From Malacoraja senta (lineage: Eukaryota), in contig CM075992.1 in NCBI GenBank assembly GCA_038087875.1, forward strand, positions 12,154,001 through 12,218,000: a DNA stretch of 64,000 bases, in the 5' to 3' direction. Position numbers and translations under genes: made by a program. The notes beneath the pieces are model-generated. The model did not search any database, was not told the origin of the DNA, and saw only the letters and a program-made list of their open reading frames with translations. Below are positions 12,685-24,987 of the stretch, one piece after another (within the stretch, counting starts at the first letter, position 1; each line of letters begins with the position of its first letter).

Positions 12685-12854
12685 CTGTAAGAGAGGTGAA
12701 AGGTTTGGATTTGCAACCTCACAGAAATCTGAAGAAGGGCCCTGACCCAAAATGTCTTTCCATGTCTTCAGTGATACAGCCTGACCCACTGAGTTACTGC
12801 AGCACTTTACATCCATTTTGTAAACCAGATCCTTGTTTCTACCACAGTCGTTAC

Positions 12855-13007
12855 CTTGACACCGGGATACTGTTTTATCAGTGAATGTAATGCGTCCAGT
12901 GTTGAAGACAAATCCGTCCTTACAGGTGCACTGATAACTTCCCAGAGTGTTGACACACGTTGCATCTGGCCCACAGATGTTTGGGTCGTCCTCACACTCA
13001 TTGACAT
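12855..13007 (-). CDS. Calcium-binding EGF-domain exon (phase 1-1), probably from an ADGRE/EGF-TM7-like gene
   Basis: ttctactccag|(D)VNECEDDPNICGPDATCVNTLGSYQCTCKDGFVFNTGRITFTDKTVSRCQ G|gtaacg; six Cys, DVNEC and CxNTxGSYxC motifs, 153 bp. Confidence 0.88.
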
Positions 13008-13226
13008 CTGGAGTAGAAACAAAATCTTAAAATGTGGCTGAAAACATTTTGTGCTCTGATGATGTCTCACACCTTCTTTTCTGTCCCTGACATGAATTCC
13101 TGTGACATCTATCACCATGTCATGATGCAGTATCTGGAGCAATGATGCTCAGATAACACAAACAATAACCAGTGCCCGAAGCAACGGAGGGTGCTGGGAG
13201 ATGACACCAACGGCATCGACGGTGGC

Positions 13227-13520
13227 TCATAGAACAGTACAGCAAAGGAACAGACCATTCAGCCCACAATGTCTGTGCCGAACATGATGCAAGTTAAACA
13301 AATCGCCTCTGCCTATAGGTGAGTCATATCCCTCCATTCCCTGCATATACATGTGCCTGTCTAAAAGCCCCTTAAATATCACTAACGTATCTGCCTCCAC
13401 CACTACCTCTGGCAGCATGTTTCAGGACCCACCACTCTCCGTGTGAAAAACTTGCCCCGCACGTCTCCTGTAAATTTTCCCACTCTCACCTTCAAATGAT
13501 GCCTCTAGTCTTTGACATTT
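13227..13520 (-). mobile_element. CR1-type 3' fragment
   Basis: LPEVVVEADTL..FK..LDRHM..GMEGY C-terminal CR1 motif and 3' tail. Confidence 0.7.
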
Positions 13521-13629
13521 TCACCAACAACCTGTCCTGGACCAAGTACATTGAATCTATGACAAAAGAGCACATCATTGTCTCCATTTCCTCAGGACAC
13601 TGAGGACATTCAGCATATCTCCAAATGTT

Positions 13630-14447
13630 TAAAGACCAAGAGAAGGCAATACGGGGAGAAAAAATGAAGTACGAAGTAAGCTAGCTAAGAATATAAAAGA
13701 GGATAATAAAAGCTTCTTTAAGTATGCGAAGAGGAAAAAAATAGTTAAGACCAAAGTTGGACCCTTGAAGACTGTAAAAGGTGAATTTATTACGGGGAAC
13801 AAGGAAATGGCAGATACTTTGGATCCGTCTTCACTAAGGTGGACACAAACAATCTTCCAGGTGCACTAGTGGCCAGAGGATCTAGTGTGGCAGAGGAACT
13901 GAAGGAAATCCACATTAGGCAGGAAATGGGGTTGGGTAGACTGATGGGACTGAAAGCTGATAAATCCCCAGGGCCTGATGGTCTGCATCCCAGGGTACTT
14001 AAGGAAGTGGCTTTAGAAATCGTGGACGCATTGGTGATCATTTTCCAATGTTCTATAGATTCAGAATGAGTTCCTGTGGATTGGAGGGTAGCTAAAGTTA
14101 TCCCAATTTTTAAGAAAGGCAGGAGAGAGAAAACAGGGAATTATAGACCAGTTAGCCTGACATCGGTGGTGGGGAAGATGCTGGATTCAATTATACAAGA
14201 TGAAATAGCGGCACATTTGGATAGCAGTAACAGGATCGGTCCGAGCCAGCATGGATTTACGAAGGGGAAATCATGCTTGACTAATCTTCTGGAATTTTTT
14301 GATGATGTTACTTGGAAAATGGACAAGGGAGAGCCAGTGGATGTAGTGTACCTGGACTTTCAGAAAACATTTGATAAGGTCCCACATAGGAGATTAGTGG
14401 GCAAAATTAGGGCACATGGTATTGGGGGTAGAGTGCTGATAGAAAAT
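13630..14447 (+). mobile_element. CR1 LINE ORF2 fragment, truncated by a DIRS insertion
   Basis: KSPGPDGLHPRVLKE, NYRPVSLTSVVGK, QHGF.KGKSCLTNL, YLDFQKTFDKVPH. Confidence 0.9.
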
Positions 14448-15669
14448 AGAAAGATTAAATGAGAACTTACGATTTGAAGTTTGATCTATAATTTTATGAG
14501 AAGTTGAAGTGAGGGCCCGCCAGCCGCATGTGCGTCAATCTTTAGAGCAGCTGTATGAAACCACAGACTAGTTGCTGAACTTAAATTATAGAAAGATTAA
14601 CGACCTTAGAACTACCGAATGATCTTTATGAGAAGTAGGGTTGGGAGTGGAGCGCACATATTCCCTCACTTAAACTTCTCATAAAATAAAGATCAAACTT
14701 CAAATGGTAAGTTCTCGTTTAATCTTTCTATTTTATTTCGAAGTCACGTGAGTGACTACGTGAAGACTTCAAAGCTCTGTAGTTTCATGCAGTAACACAA
14801 TCTGTGTGAGAAACACTTAAACGGATAAACCATTAATGGTAGAAAAACATTGGTTATTAATATCATGATGCTAACTTGCATACATGGCCATTGTTCTTAA
14901 CCGGACCATAGTCGCAATTGACTTTGAGTTAGACAATCTCATGCAACACTGTGCAGAATTCTATCAGCAAATATCCAGACATATTCAACCAAATTTGTTA
15001 ATTTATTAACATGCACTATGTAAGCCTCTTGCTGTATGATGAAAGGAAACTATCCATTCTATTGGCTGCTAATGAGCCATCAGCAATATCTTGAGACTAT
15101 TGAATAACAATAAAGAAACTATCTTTTATCTCATAGGTACGAGCAAGCTCAGTGCACTTGTATACCTAATGAATACCCCCAATCTCTGCTCTGGTGGGTA
15201 TGCTGTACAAATGTACGCAATCATGCCCATTTCAAACCAACCTTAATGTCAGTTATGACCCAGAGACTGAGCCAGAGATTGAGTAAAGACTGTGTTCTTT
15301 ATGCTGAGATCAGTTGCTGAAAGCATAATCATCTTAAAAATACTGCTCCCATTAGGAATACAGTAGAATAATATTTGCATAATAATTTACTGATATACAT
15401 CGCACACTACAATGAGTGTAGGCTGTCAGAGTGGTCATATAAAATACACCATGCATAACGTTAGTGAACAGCGGATGAATAACCAAACATTTATTGTCCC
15501 ACTTATGGTACTATAGAGAATGACAAAGCAGCACAAGCAGTGTCAATTGTGCTATGACATAAACGCTTCTCTAGGCTCAAACTGAAAGCCACACAAAACC
15601 TCTGTTACTTCCGTTTAAAAGTAACTCACATATATTGTTCACAAACTTCCCATACAATCGTGCACAGCC

Positions 15670-16215
15670 AGAAGCACCACAGACCGCAGGGCCAGCGGTC
15701 GAAGCTCCCCTCCAGGGGCGATGGTAAGTCCACGCCGGGCCCGCGGTAGAAGTAGGCCGCAGGCCGGCAGTGGAAACTTCTTTTTCTCCCGGGTCCCCCA
15801 CGCTGCGGACGCCACGCCAGCTGGAACTCTGCAGACCGCGGCTTCAGGCTGCCGGCTGCCGCGGGCCAGCGAAACAGAGCACTCCCCTCCGGCGAGCCCC
15901 AGCGAGGGCTCGCCCGCTCCATTCCGAGAGTCCATGCTGCGCCCGCCGCAGAAGCCCCGGGCGCGTCTCCGGGAAAGGCCGCCCGATCCTCAATGTTAGG
16001 CCACGGGGAAGGCGACATGGAAAAAGTTGCCTCTCCATGGTAGAGGCGACCGAAGCGGTTTCCCCCTTACCCCCCCCCCCCACCACCCCCCACACAAGAC
16101 ACACAAAGAAACATTAAAAAAATACTTTAAAACATACTAAAAAAATAAATAAAGTTGAAAAAAACTAACACGCTGCTGACAGGGCGCCGGCTTGCAGCGC
16201 CCCCACCGACCCCAC
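15670..16215 (-). repeat. Unclassified GC-rich interspersed repeat inserted in DIRS copy A
   Basis: Abrupt CpG-rich block with T-rich and G-rich tracts inside AT-rich decayed sequence; no coding motif recognised. Confidence 0.4.
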
Positions 16216-17189
16216 CAATCTCCCCTTGATGTGGGAATACAAGTTCCCTGTCAACTCTTGACTATAAAAGTCACCACAAATTCTCAGCCTTCTACCTCAG
16301 AGTGGAATTTAGCATAATGCAAGCCTGAATCAGGAATTGCTTCGCAGTCCTCTGACTGAAACCACTTGTCTGAGTTGCCAGAGTGCACAACACAATCAAC
16401 CCGCCACTCAATCAGGAATACTGGTATTGAGAGCCTACGGATTATTGTAAATACATTGTTGATTCACAACATGAACCTGCAGGTCAGATACAAATATTAT
16501 GTGCCAGACCAGCTTCGTGCTGGTAGCTACCTGTCCCAGAGAGAATGGCAAAGATGTTTCCAATGAACTGACAACTCTACTAACTGAGCAGAAATGTAAA
16601 CATGTGTTGAGGGAGACTTCAACTACTTCATTCTACTGAGCAGCCTGATTACCTCAATCGCAGATGATGAGGCAGTGCTTCCCTGGTCAATATGACCCAT
16701 ATGGCCAGCCAATTCCATGATGGTCTACCCTGAACCAGGGTAACCAATCTGTTCCTACTTGGAAATTACAGATGTTACTATGCATAGGCACCCTGCAAAT
16801 GTGTCTGCATCAACCTGATCTATCCCAGAGACAGTGAAAAAATACTAGATAGTCCATGCTGCCAGAAATCCAAACCTGGGCTGGCAGACTGCTCCATTTT
16901 GGAGTTTTACTGAGGTTAATAAAGAGACCTTACCTGCCAGCGTCTCTGAACCCGGGTCTATTTGCTTGTTGGAGCTTCAGCGAAGTTCCATTTGCAGACC
17001 CTGTCTGTCATGCTTGCCATTTCGTCAGCTGGTGTGATGTTAGATAGCTGATGCCGCTGGCCAACTCCTCTTGTAGTGGCTTGCCCGTCCCCGAGGGAAC
17101 AGTAAATTTAGAGGCAAGAGCAGACAGTTCTTATGCGACTCTCGTATATCATGCATTAAAGCATGGGATTCAGGCACAGTCATGTTCGG

Positions 17190-17585
17190 AGTCGTGTTCG
17201 GAATCAGATCCATACTGATCTCTGAAACTCCCTTAGAGTGGGAGAAATAGTGCAACCCTGAACCAGGCATTGCCACATGCGTATGACTCGAACTGCCTGT
17301 GCATGCCTCCGTAACACGGAGCATAATTGTGACACCATCTCCGATACTCTTCCGAGTGGGAGGAATATTGCAACCCTGAACCAGGAGTTGTTACAGGCAT
17401 ATGACTTGAACTGCCTGTGCATGCCTCCATAACACGGAGCATATTATTTGGCACCATCTCCAACACTCCTTTCATCCGAGTGGGAGGAATATTGCGACCC
17501 TGAACCAGGAGTTGCCTCAGGCATATGACTCGAACTGCCTGTGCATGCCTCCGTAACATGGAGCATATTTTGTGCCACCATCTAA
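17190..17585. repeat. ~120-bp tandem repeat (about 3 units) inside DIRS copy A
   Basis: gagtgggaggaatattgcaaccctgaaccaggagttg..tatgacttgaactgcctgtgcatgcctcc recurs at ~17236, 17354 and 17478. Confidence 0.85.
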
Positions 17586-18341
17586 TTCATCAGAAGTTCG
17601 AATTGAGACAAACAGCCAATCACATCTGCCATAGATGTGGGGACAGAATCCCCTTGACCCAAATTGTCCGACCGCACTTGTCTCACAGACTTGGCTTTGA
17701 CTTTGCCCTGACTCAGGGTTGCCAAGCTGCTCCCTCTAGGAGCCGAATCGGGACTAGCTGTGCAGATCGGCGCTCTGTCGGTATAAATGATCATTATTTA
17801 TTATACTTACTAGACATGTTGCACCTGCTAGTGACTCCGAATCCTTGCTCCCTTCTGGAGTATTTCAGGGAGGAAATATAGTGCAACCCTGCACCAGGTG
17901 TTACTTCCTCAGGCCTCTGGCCCCCATATGACTTGGATGAGCCGGCATTATAATCAGAGTTACCTCTTCCCAATACTCCCCTAGACAGAGTGGGAGAAAT
18001 ACTGCAACTCTGCCAGGTGTTGTCACAGGCAAATTACTGGAGCCGTCTGCAATGCCTCTGGTATATGGAACATAGTTTGTTCATAAGATTAAACAGAAGC
18101 ATAGGCCCATTGGATCAAAGATTCGACGGCTTTGTCGATATCCACATGGTTGGGGTTTCTTATGAAAGATCTCCAACAGTCCCCTCTACTGAGCAGAAAT
18201 TATCATGACGCAACCCTGCACCAGCTATTGCTGCAAAGGTGTCTAATAGACACAGCTGAAAAAAGGCTTCACAAGCCAGGAGCCACTTGCTGGAGCCTCA
18301 ATGGAGTTATTAGGGGAGGAAATAGAATGCATATATATATA

Positions 18342-19955
18342 TAGAAATAGTATTGGGTAGGATAATGGGACTGAAGGATGATAAATCCCCTGGACCTGAT
18401 GGCCTGCATCCCAGGGTCCACAGGGAGGTGGCTCTAGAAGTAGTGGATGCATTGGTGATCATTTTCCAATGTTCAATAGATTCAGGATCAGTTCCTGTGG
18501 ATTGGAGGATAGCTAATGTTATCCCACTTTTCAAAAAAGGAGCGAGAGAGAAAACGGAGAATTACAGACCAGTTAGCCTGACTTCAGTGGTGGGAAAGAT
18601 GCTGGAGTCAATTATTAAAGCGGTAATAATGTGGCATTTGGATAGCAGTAAAAGGATTAGTCCAAGTCAACATGGATTTATGAAAGGGAGATCATGCTTG
18701 ACTAATCTGCAAATTTTTGAGGATGTGACAAGTAAAATGGATGAAGGGGTGCCAGTGGATGTAGTGTATCTAGACTTTCAGAAAGCCTTTGATAAGGTCC
18801 CACACGGGAGACTGGTGACTAAAATTAGAGCACATGGTATTGGGGGTAGGGTGTTGACATGGATAGAAAATTGGTTGGCAGACCGGAAGCAAAGAGTAGG
18901 AGTGAACGGGTCTTTTTCAGAATGGCACCCAGTGGCGAGTGGAGTGCCGCAAGGCTCGGTGTTGGGGCCGCAACTGTTTACCATATATATTAATGATTTG
19001 GAAGAGGGAATTAGGAACAACAGTAGCAGGTTTGCAGATGACACAAAGCTGGGCGGCAGTGAGAACTGTGAAGAGGATGTTCGGAGGTTGCAGGGTGACC
19101 TGGACAGGTTGAGTGAGTGGGCAGATGCGTGGCAGATGCAGTATAATATAGATAAATGTGAGGTTACCGACTTTGGCGGCAAAAACAATGGGGCAGATTA
19201 TAATCTCAATGAGGTTAGGTTAGGGAAGGGGGAGGTGCAGCGAGACCTGGGCGTCCTTGTACACCGGTCACTGAAAGTTGGCTTACAGGGACAGCAGGGA
19301 GTGAAGAAAGCTAATGGAATGTTGGCCTTCTTAACAAGAGGATTTCTTAACAATAGGAGTAAAGAGATTCTTCTGCATTTGTATAGGGCTCTGATGAGAC
19401 CACATCTGGAGTATTGTGTACAGTTTTGGTCTCCTAATTTGCGGAAGGACATCCTTGTGATTGAGGCAGTGCAGCGTAGGTTCACGAGAATGTTCCCTGG
19501 GATGGCGAGACTGTCATATGAGGAAAGATTGAAATGACTAGGCTTGTATTCACTGGACTTTAGAAGGATGAGGGGGTTCTTATAGAAACATATAAAATTA
19601 TAAAACAACTGGACAAGCTAGATGCAGGAAAAATGTTCTCAATGTTGGGGAAGTCCAGAACCAGGAGCCACAGTCTTACAATAAAGGGGAGGTCAGTTAA
19701 GACTTTTTCACCCAGAGAGTTGTGAATTTATGGAATTCCCTGCCACAGAGGGCAGTGGAGGCCAAGTCACTGGATGGATTTAAGAGAGAGTTAGATAGAG
19801 CTCTAGGGGCTAGTGGAGTCAAGGAATATGGGGAGAAGGCAGGCATGGGTTATTGATAGGGGACGATCAGCCATGATCACAATGAATGGCGGTGCTGGCT
19901 CGAAGGGCCGGATGGCCTCCTCCTGCACCTATTTTCTATGTTTCTATGTTTCTAT
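18342..19955 (+). mobile_element. 5'-truncated CR1 LINE with complete RT and 3' tail
   Basis: 394-aa ORF with GVPQGSVLGP, FADDTKLG, RPHLEYCVQFWSP; ttctatg tail; atgca on both flanks. Confidence 0.95.
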
Positions 19956-20364
19956 GCAACCCTGAACCAGGCGTAGCCTCCTCAGGCCTTTGGCTGACTC
20001 CCTTTCGGAGCATTACTCGGAATAGCTGCCCGCTCCAGTGGAGCCCCATTCTGTGCCGTAATGGCAAGTCAAAATTTACTACACCATATGGTGTATGATA
20101 ATAAATGTCCTATCTGCTGCGATAGTCACAAACGTGACCGAACCGCAACCGCCATTAAAAAACTGCCAGCTCTATTTATAACTGCCCTAAAAATAGATCA
20201 CATACTATATGCTGGTCTACGGCATATGCTGCCAGCATTGGTAGGCACTATGGCAGCTGAGCTTACCTAGCGTTCGCTGCCATGGCCGCGGCTAATTTTC
20301 AAAAGCACCGGCTGCTGTTATCTTTAACAGCGATCGTTAACCTAGCCGCGGCTATATATAAACT

Positions 20365-20905
20365 ACCGCCTGCAGTAATGTGTGCAGTTTTGTTCTCCTA
20401 ATTTGAGGAAGGGCATTCTTGCTATTGAGGGAGTGCAGCGTAGGTTTACAAGATTAATTCCCGGAATGGCGGGACTGTCATTTGCTGAGAGAATGGACTT
20501 GTATACTCTGGAGTTTACAAAGATGAGAGGGGATCTTATTGAAACATATAAGTTTATTAAGGGTTTGGACACACTTGAGGCAGGAAACATGTTCCCAATG
20601 TTGGGGGAGTCCAGAGCCAGGGGCCAGAGTTTCAGAATAAGGGGTTTGCCATTTAGAATGGAGAGGAGGAAACACACAGAGAGTTGTGAGTCTGTGGAAT
20701 TCTCTGCCTCAGAGGGCTGTGGAGGTTCACTGGATACTTTCAAGAGAGAGCTAGATAGGGCTCTTAAAGATAGTGGAGTCAGATGATATGGGGAGAAGGC
20801 AGGAACAGGGTACTGATTGGGGATGATCAGCCATGATCACATTGAAAGGCGGTGCTGGCTCGAAGGACTGAATAGCCTACACCTCCTCCTATTGTCTATC
20901 TTTAT
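20365..20905 (+). mobile_element. CR1 LINE 3' fragment
   Basis: VQFCSPNLRK..IEGVQRRFTRLIPG..RGDLIETYK; cctattgtctat tail. Confidence 0.9.
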
Positions 20906-20914
20906 GTCCTAGAG

Positions 20915-21620
20915 TTAAGTTCCATTAGCCATTCCTTGGACCACCTTCCCAACTGACCGAGATCCTTTTGTAAACTTACTATACATCTCCTCACTGCCCA
21001 GTATATCACAGATATTAGAGATACCTGCATATTTACTAACAGCAATAACTACATGATATTCATATTGATAATGTCGATAAGGAACAACAATAGATCCATC
21101 ACCAACTTTCCCTGCAGCACTCCACTCGTCACAGTCCACAAGCAACTAAATCAACACATCACAACTACCCTTTTACTAGGTCTTCCAAGCCAATTTTGTC
21201 ATACAGTCTTCGAGTGATACAGCATGGAAACATGCCCTTTGGCTCAACTTGCCCAAGCCAGCCAACATGTCCCTACCACGTGAGTTCCACCTGCCCGTGT
21301 TTGGTCCATATACCTCCAAACCTGTCCTATCCATGTACAGTACCTGTCTAACAACATCCAATTTGCCAGCTCACCTTGGATTCCTGAACACTCTACCATG
21401 TGGGACCTTGTCAAAGACCTTGCAAAGTCCATTTAGACAACATTGCCCTACCCCCATCAATCCTCTTGGTGACTTCATGAAAAAACTCTGATTCATTTCC
21501 CACATAAAAAGCCACGCTGGCTGTAGAACATGGCATTTTGGAACAAACCTGCCATAATGTCCTGACTGACTGGTTTGTTTGATGCAACTGATGTCAATCA
21601 CAAGTCATGGCACAGTTGGG
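20915..21620 (-). mobile_element. Old degraded CR1 RT fragments with a nested 3'-tail fragment
   Basis: FDKVPHG and ADDxK-like remnants; nested LYMDRTGLEVYGP tail at 21210-21350. Confidence 0.55.
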
Positions 21621-22163
21621 TAAAAGCAATGTTATTAAAAGTGGAGTCAACGAACTTTCAAAGGCCATAAAAGATGTCAGAAAAGTGCATGCTGATCAAA
21701 CAAGGTGGACGGAGGGAAGCTTATTAATAGAAAGATTAAACGAGAACTTACTGTTTGAAGTTTGACCTTTATTTTATGAGAAGTTGAAGTGAGGGAATAC
21801 GTGAAGAGCCCGCCAGCTCCATAGAGTCAGCTCCATACTGATCTCTGACATTCCCATAGAGTGGGAGAAATAGTGCAAACCTGAGCATATTTTGTGTCAG
21901 CATCTCCGATACTCTTCCGAGTTGGAGGAATATTGCAACCCTGAACCAGGAGTTGCCACAGGCTTATAACTTGAACTGCCTGTGCATGCCTCCATAACAT
22001 GGAGCAGATTATTTGGCACCATCTCCGATACTCTTCCGAGTGGGAGGAATATTGCAACCCTGAGCCAGGAGTTGCTACAGGCGTATGACTTGAACTGCCT
22101 GTGCATGCCTCCGTAACACGGAGCATTTCTCGTGCCGCCATCTGATTCATCAGATGTTCCAAT

Positions 22164-24219
22164 CACTATACCAAATATATTAAATTTAATTGAAGACTTT
22201 GGATCTTTTTCTGGATATAGAATAAATTGGAATAAAAGTGAAATTATGTCAATAAAACCGAAAGATTCAACACATCTTTTAAAATTCCCTTTTAAAATAG
22301 CTACAGAAAAATTTGAATATTTGGGAATCGAAATTACCAGAACATATCAAGGTATGTTCAGGGCAAATTTTGACCCCCTACTTAATAAATTAAATACACT
22401 AATTAAATTCTGGAAAACGCTCCCGATGTCTTTAATAGGCCGAATAAACTCAATAAAAATGATCTTTTTACCACAAATTTTATACCTATTTCAATCAATT
22501 CCTATATACTTACCTAAGAAGTTTTTTAAAAAACTTGACTCAGATATCACTAATTTTATATGGGACTATAAATCACATAGAATACAAAAAACTCATCTGA
22601 ATAAACCTAAAGTATTGGGGGGTTTAGCACTACCTAATTTTATGTATTATTATTGGTCAGTAAATATTAAAAACATGATTCAACTGATGGATAACTCCGC
22701 CCAGCAAGTAGACTGCATTGTAATGGAGAAAGAGGATTGCTCCTCTAGAAACATTGGAGCGATCCTCCTCTCTCCAATGAAACTGAATAACATAAATTAT
22801 AATAAGAACCCAATTATTCATAGTACAATCTGTATTTGGAAACAAATAAAACAAAATTTAAAATTAAGAAATTTATCACTTTTATTACCTATAGTCAATA
22901 ACCCTTCGTTTAGTCCTTCTATTATAGATAAAGCTTATACACAATGGGATAGACTAGGAATTAAAACGCTTGGTGACTTGTATGAAACTGGAAAATTACT
23001 TTCATTTCAACAATTACAAATAAAATATAAACTCGGAAATAATCAATATTTTAAATATTTTCAAATATGCGACTATTTGAAAAAATATACAAAAGATCAT
23101 TATAATAACCCAGTAGATGTATTGGACGAGGCAATGCAGATAAAAGCGGAATCAGCAAACTTAATATCATATTTGTATAATATTATTTTAAATGTACAAA
23201 TACCACCTACGGAGGGTATCAGAAAAGACTGGGAACAAGAGTTAGCTATTAAAATTTCAAAGGAAAGTTGGAATGAATACTTATTAAATGTGCATAAATG
23301 CTCGATTAATGTAAGACACACTTTAATACAATTTAAAATTTTACATAGATTATATTATTCGAAAACTAAAATTCATAAAATTTTCCCAAACGTATCATCT
23401 ATTTGTGATAAATGTCAATCCCAAGAAGCTACTATAGCGCACTCATTCGTCTTCTGTACAAAAACTCAAAAATTTTGGAATGAAATTTTTGAAATCTTTA
23501 CAAAGTTATTTAAAACAAGACTGATACCCAAAGCAGAATGGATTATCTTCGGAATAACGGAAGATGATCCAGAACTAAATGTGTTTCAAAAGAAATGAAT
23601 GGACTATGGGTTAATAACTGGAAAAAAGCTAATTCTAAAATTTTGGAAGAAGGCTCCAATACCAACTATAAATATGTGGATTTCAAATATGTTTGAAACA
23701 CTACACCTAGAAGAGATAAGACTCCTCCTAGCAGGTAAACCAGATCACTTCCACCTGACGTGGTCTGCATTTATAGAATTATTACAAACATAGGGTGCAA
23801 AAGTACTTTAAAAAAAATAAAAAATTGAGGTCGGGTAAGGGGGGATGATAGTTAAAGAGTTGGTATGTCCTATTTACGTAATGCTCAAAAAAATATATTT
23901 TTTTCTTTTTTTTTCCTCTCTCTTTTTCTCTTTTTTTTTTTTTCCTAGGGCCTATTTCTTAACTCTTTTTCTTTTGTTTTTATTTTCGCTCTCATAGGGT
24001 CTTCGTCCTTTTTGTTGTTACATTTTCTACACTTTTCTACACTTTCACTTTTTCCTTCACTTTCTTCTCTCTTTCAATCTTTTCCTTTTTTAGTGTAAAA
24101 AAAATAAAATAAAGGGAGTACATTAATTGTAAGAAGATACAAATGACGAGTATTAATGTATGTGGTTGTAATGTAATGTACTTCTAATAAATAAAAATAA
24201 ATTAAAAAAAAAAAAAAAA
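22164..24219 (+). mobile_element. 5'-truncated L1 with poly(A) and 12-bp TSD
   Basis: 488-aa ORF2 C-terminal frame; TSD agatgttccaat at 22152-22163 and 24220-24231; empty paralogous site at ~17592. Confidence 0.95.
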
Positions 24220-24987
24220 AGATGTTCCAATTGAGACAAACGGCTAATCACATCTGAACAGATGTGGGGACAGAATCCCCTTGATCCAAATCGTCCGATA
24301 GGACTTGTCCCACAGACTTGGCTTTGACTTAGCCCTGACTCGGGGTTGCCAAGCGGCTCCCTCTAGGAGGCGAATCAGGACTAGCTGTGCAGATCCGCTC
24401 TGTTGGTATAAATGATCATTATTTATTATACTTACCAGACAGGTTGCACCTGCTAGTGAGTCCGAGTCCTTGCTCCCTTCTGGAGCCTCAACGGAGTATT
24501 TCAGGGAGGAAATAGAGCACATATTTGTGCTCTGGCCCCCATATGACTCGGATGAGCCGGCATTATAATCAGAGTTACCTCTTCCCGATAGTCCGCTGGA
24601 CAGAGTGGGAGAAATAGTGTAACCCTGCCAGGTGTTGTCACAGTCAAATTACGTTTATCTGATTAAAAGAAGCATATCCCCATTAAATCAGAGATTCGAC
24701 TGCTCTATCAATATCCACATAGTTGGAGTTTCTTATAAAAGAATCTCCAACAGTCCCCTCTAGTGAGCGGAAATTACCATGACGCCACCCTGAACCAGGT
24801 GTAGCTCCCACAGGTGTCTGATAGACACAGCTCAAAAAAGGCTTCCTAAGCCAGGAGCTCTGGACTGCAATGGCAAGTCCAATTTCACTACACCATTTGG
24901 TGTATGTGATAATAAATGTCCTTTGTAATTATCATTTTCAATATAAACTTTATTGGCATGAGAAGCTACATCGTTATATTGCCAAAG

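Larger units (their letters stand above)
14445..20362 (-). mobile_element. Decayed DIRS1-family element (copy A) with intact 3' terminus and ICR, interrupted by later insertions
   Basis: Terminus aatagaaagattaaatgagaactta..; ICR at 14660-14770 complementary to the terminus; 17190-18320 and 19955-20360 homologous to copy B; only faint RT/gag-like remnants remain inside. Confidence 0.65.

Noticed and set aside
15577..16117. Cluster of overlapping GC-rich ORFs / possible CpG-island promoter
   Set aside because: Stop-poor GC-rich repeat inserted in a decayed DIRS element; no recognisable domain or linked first exon
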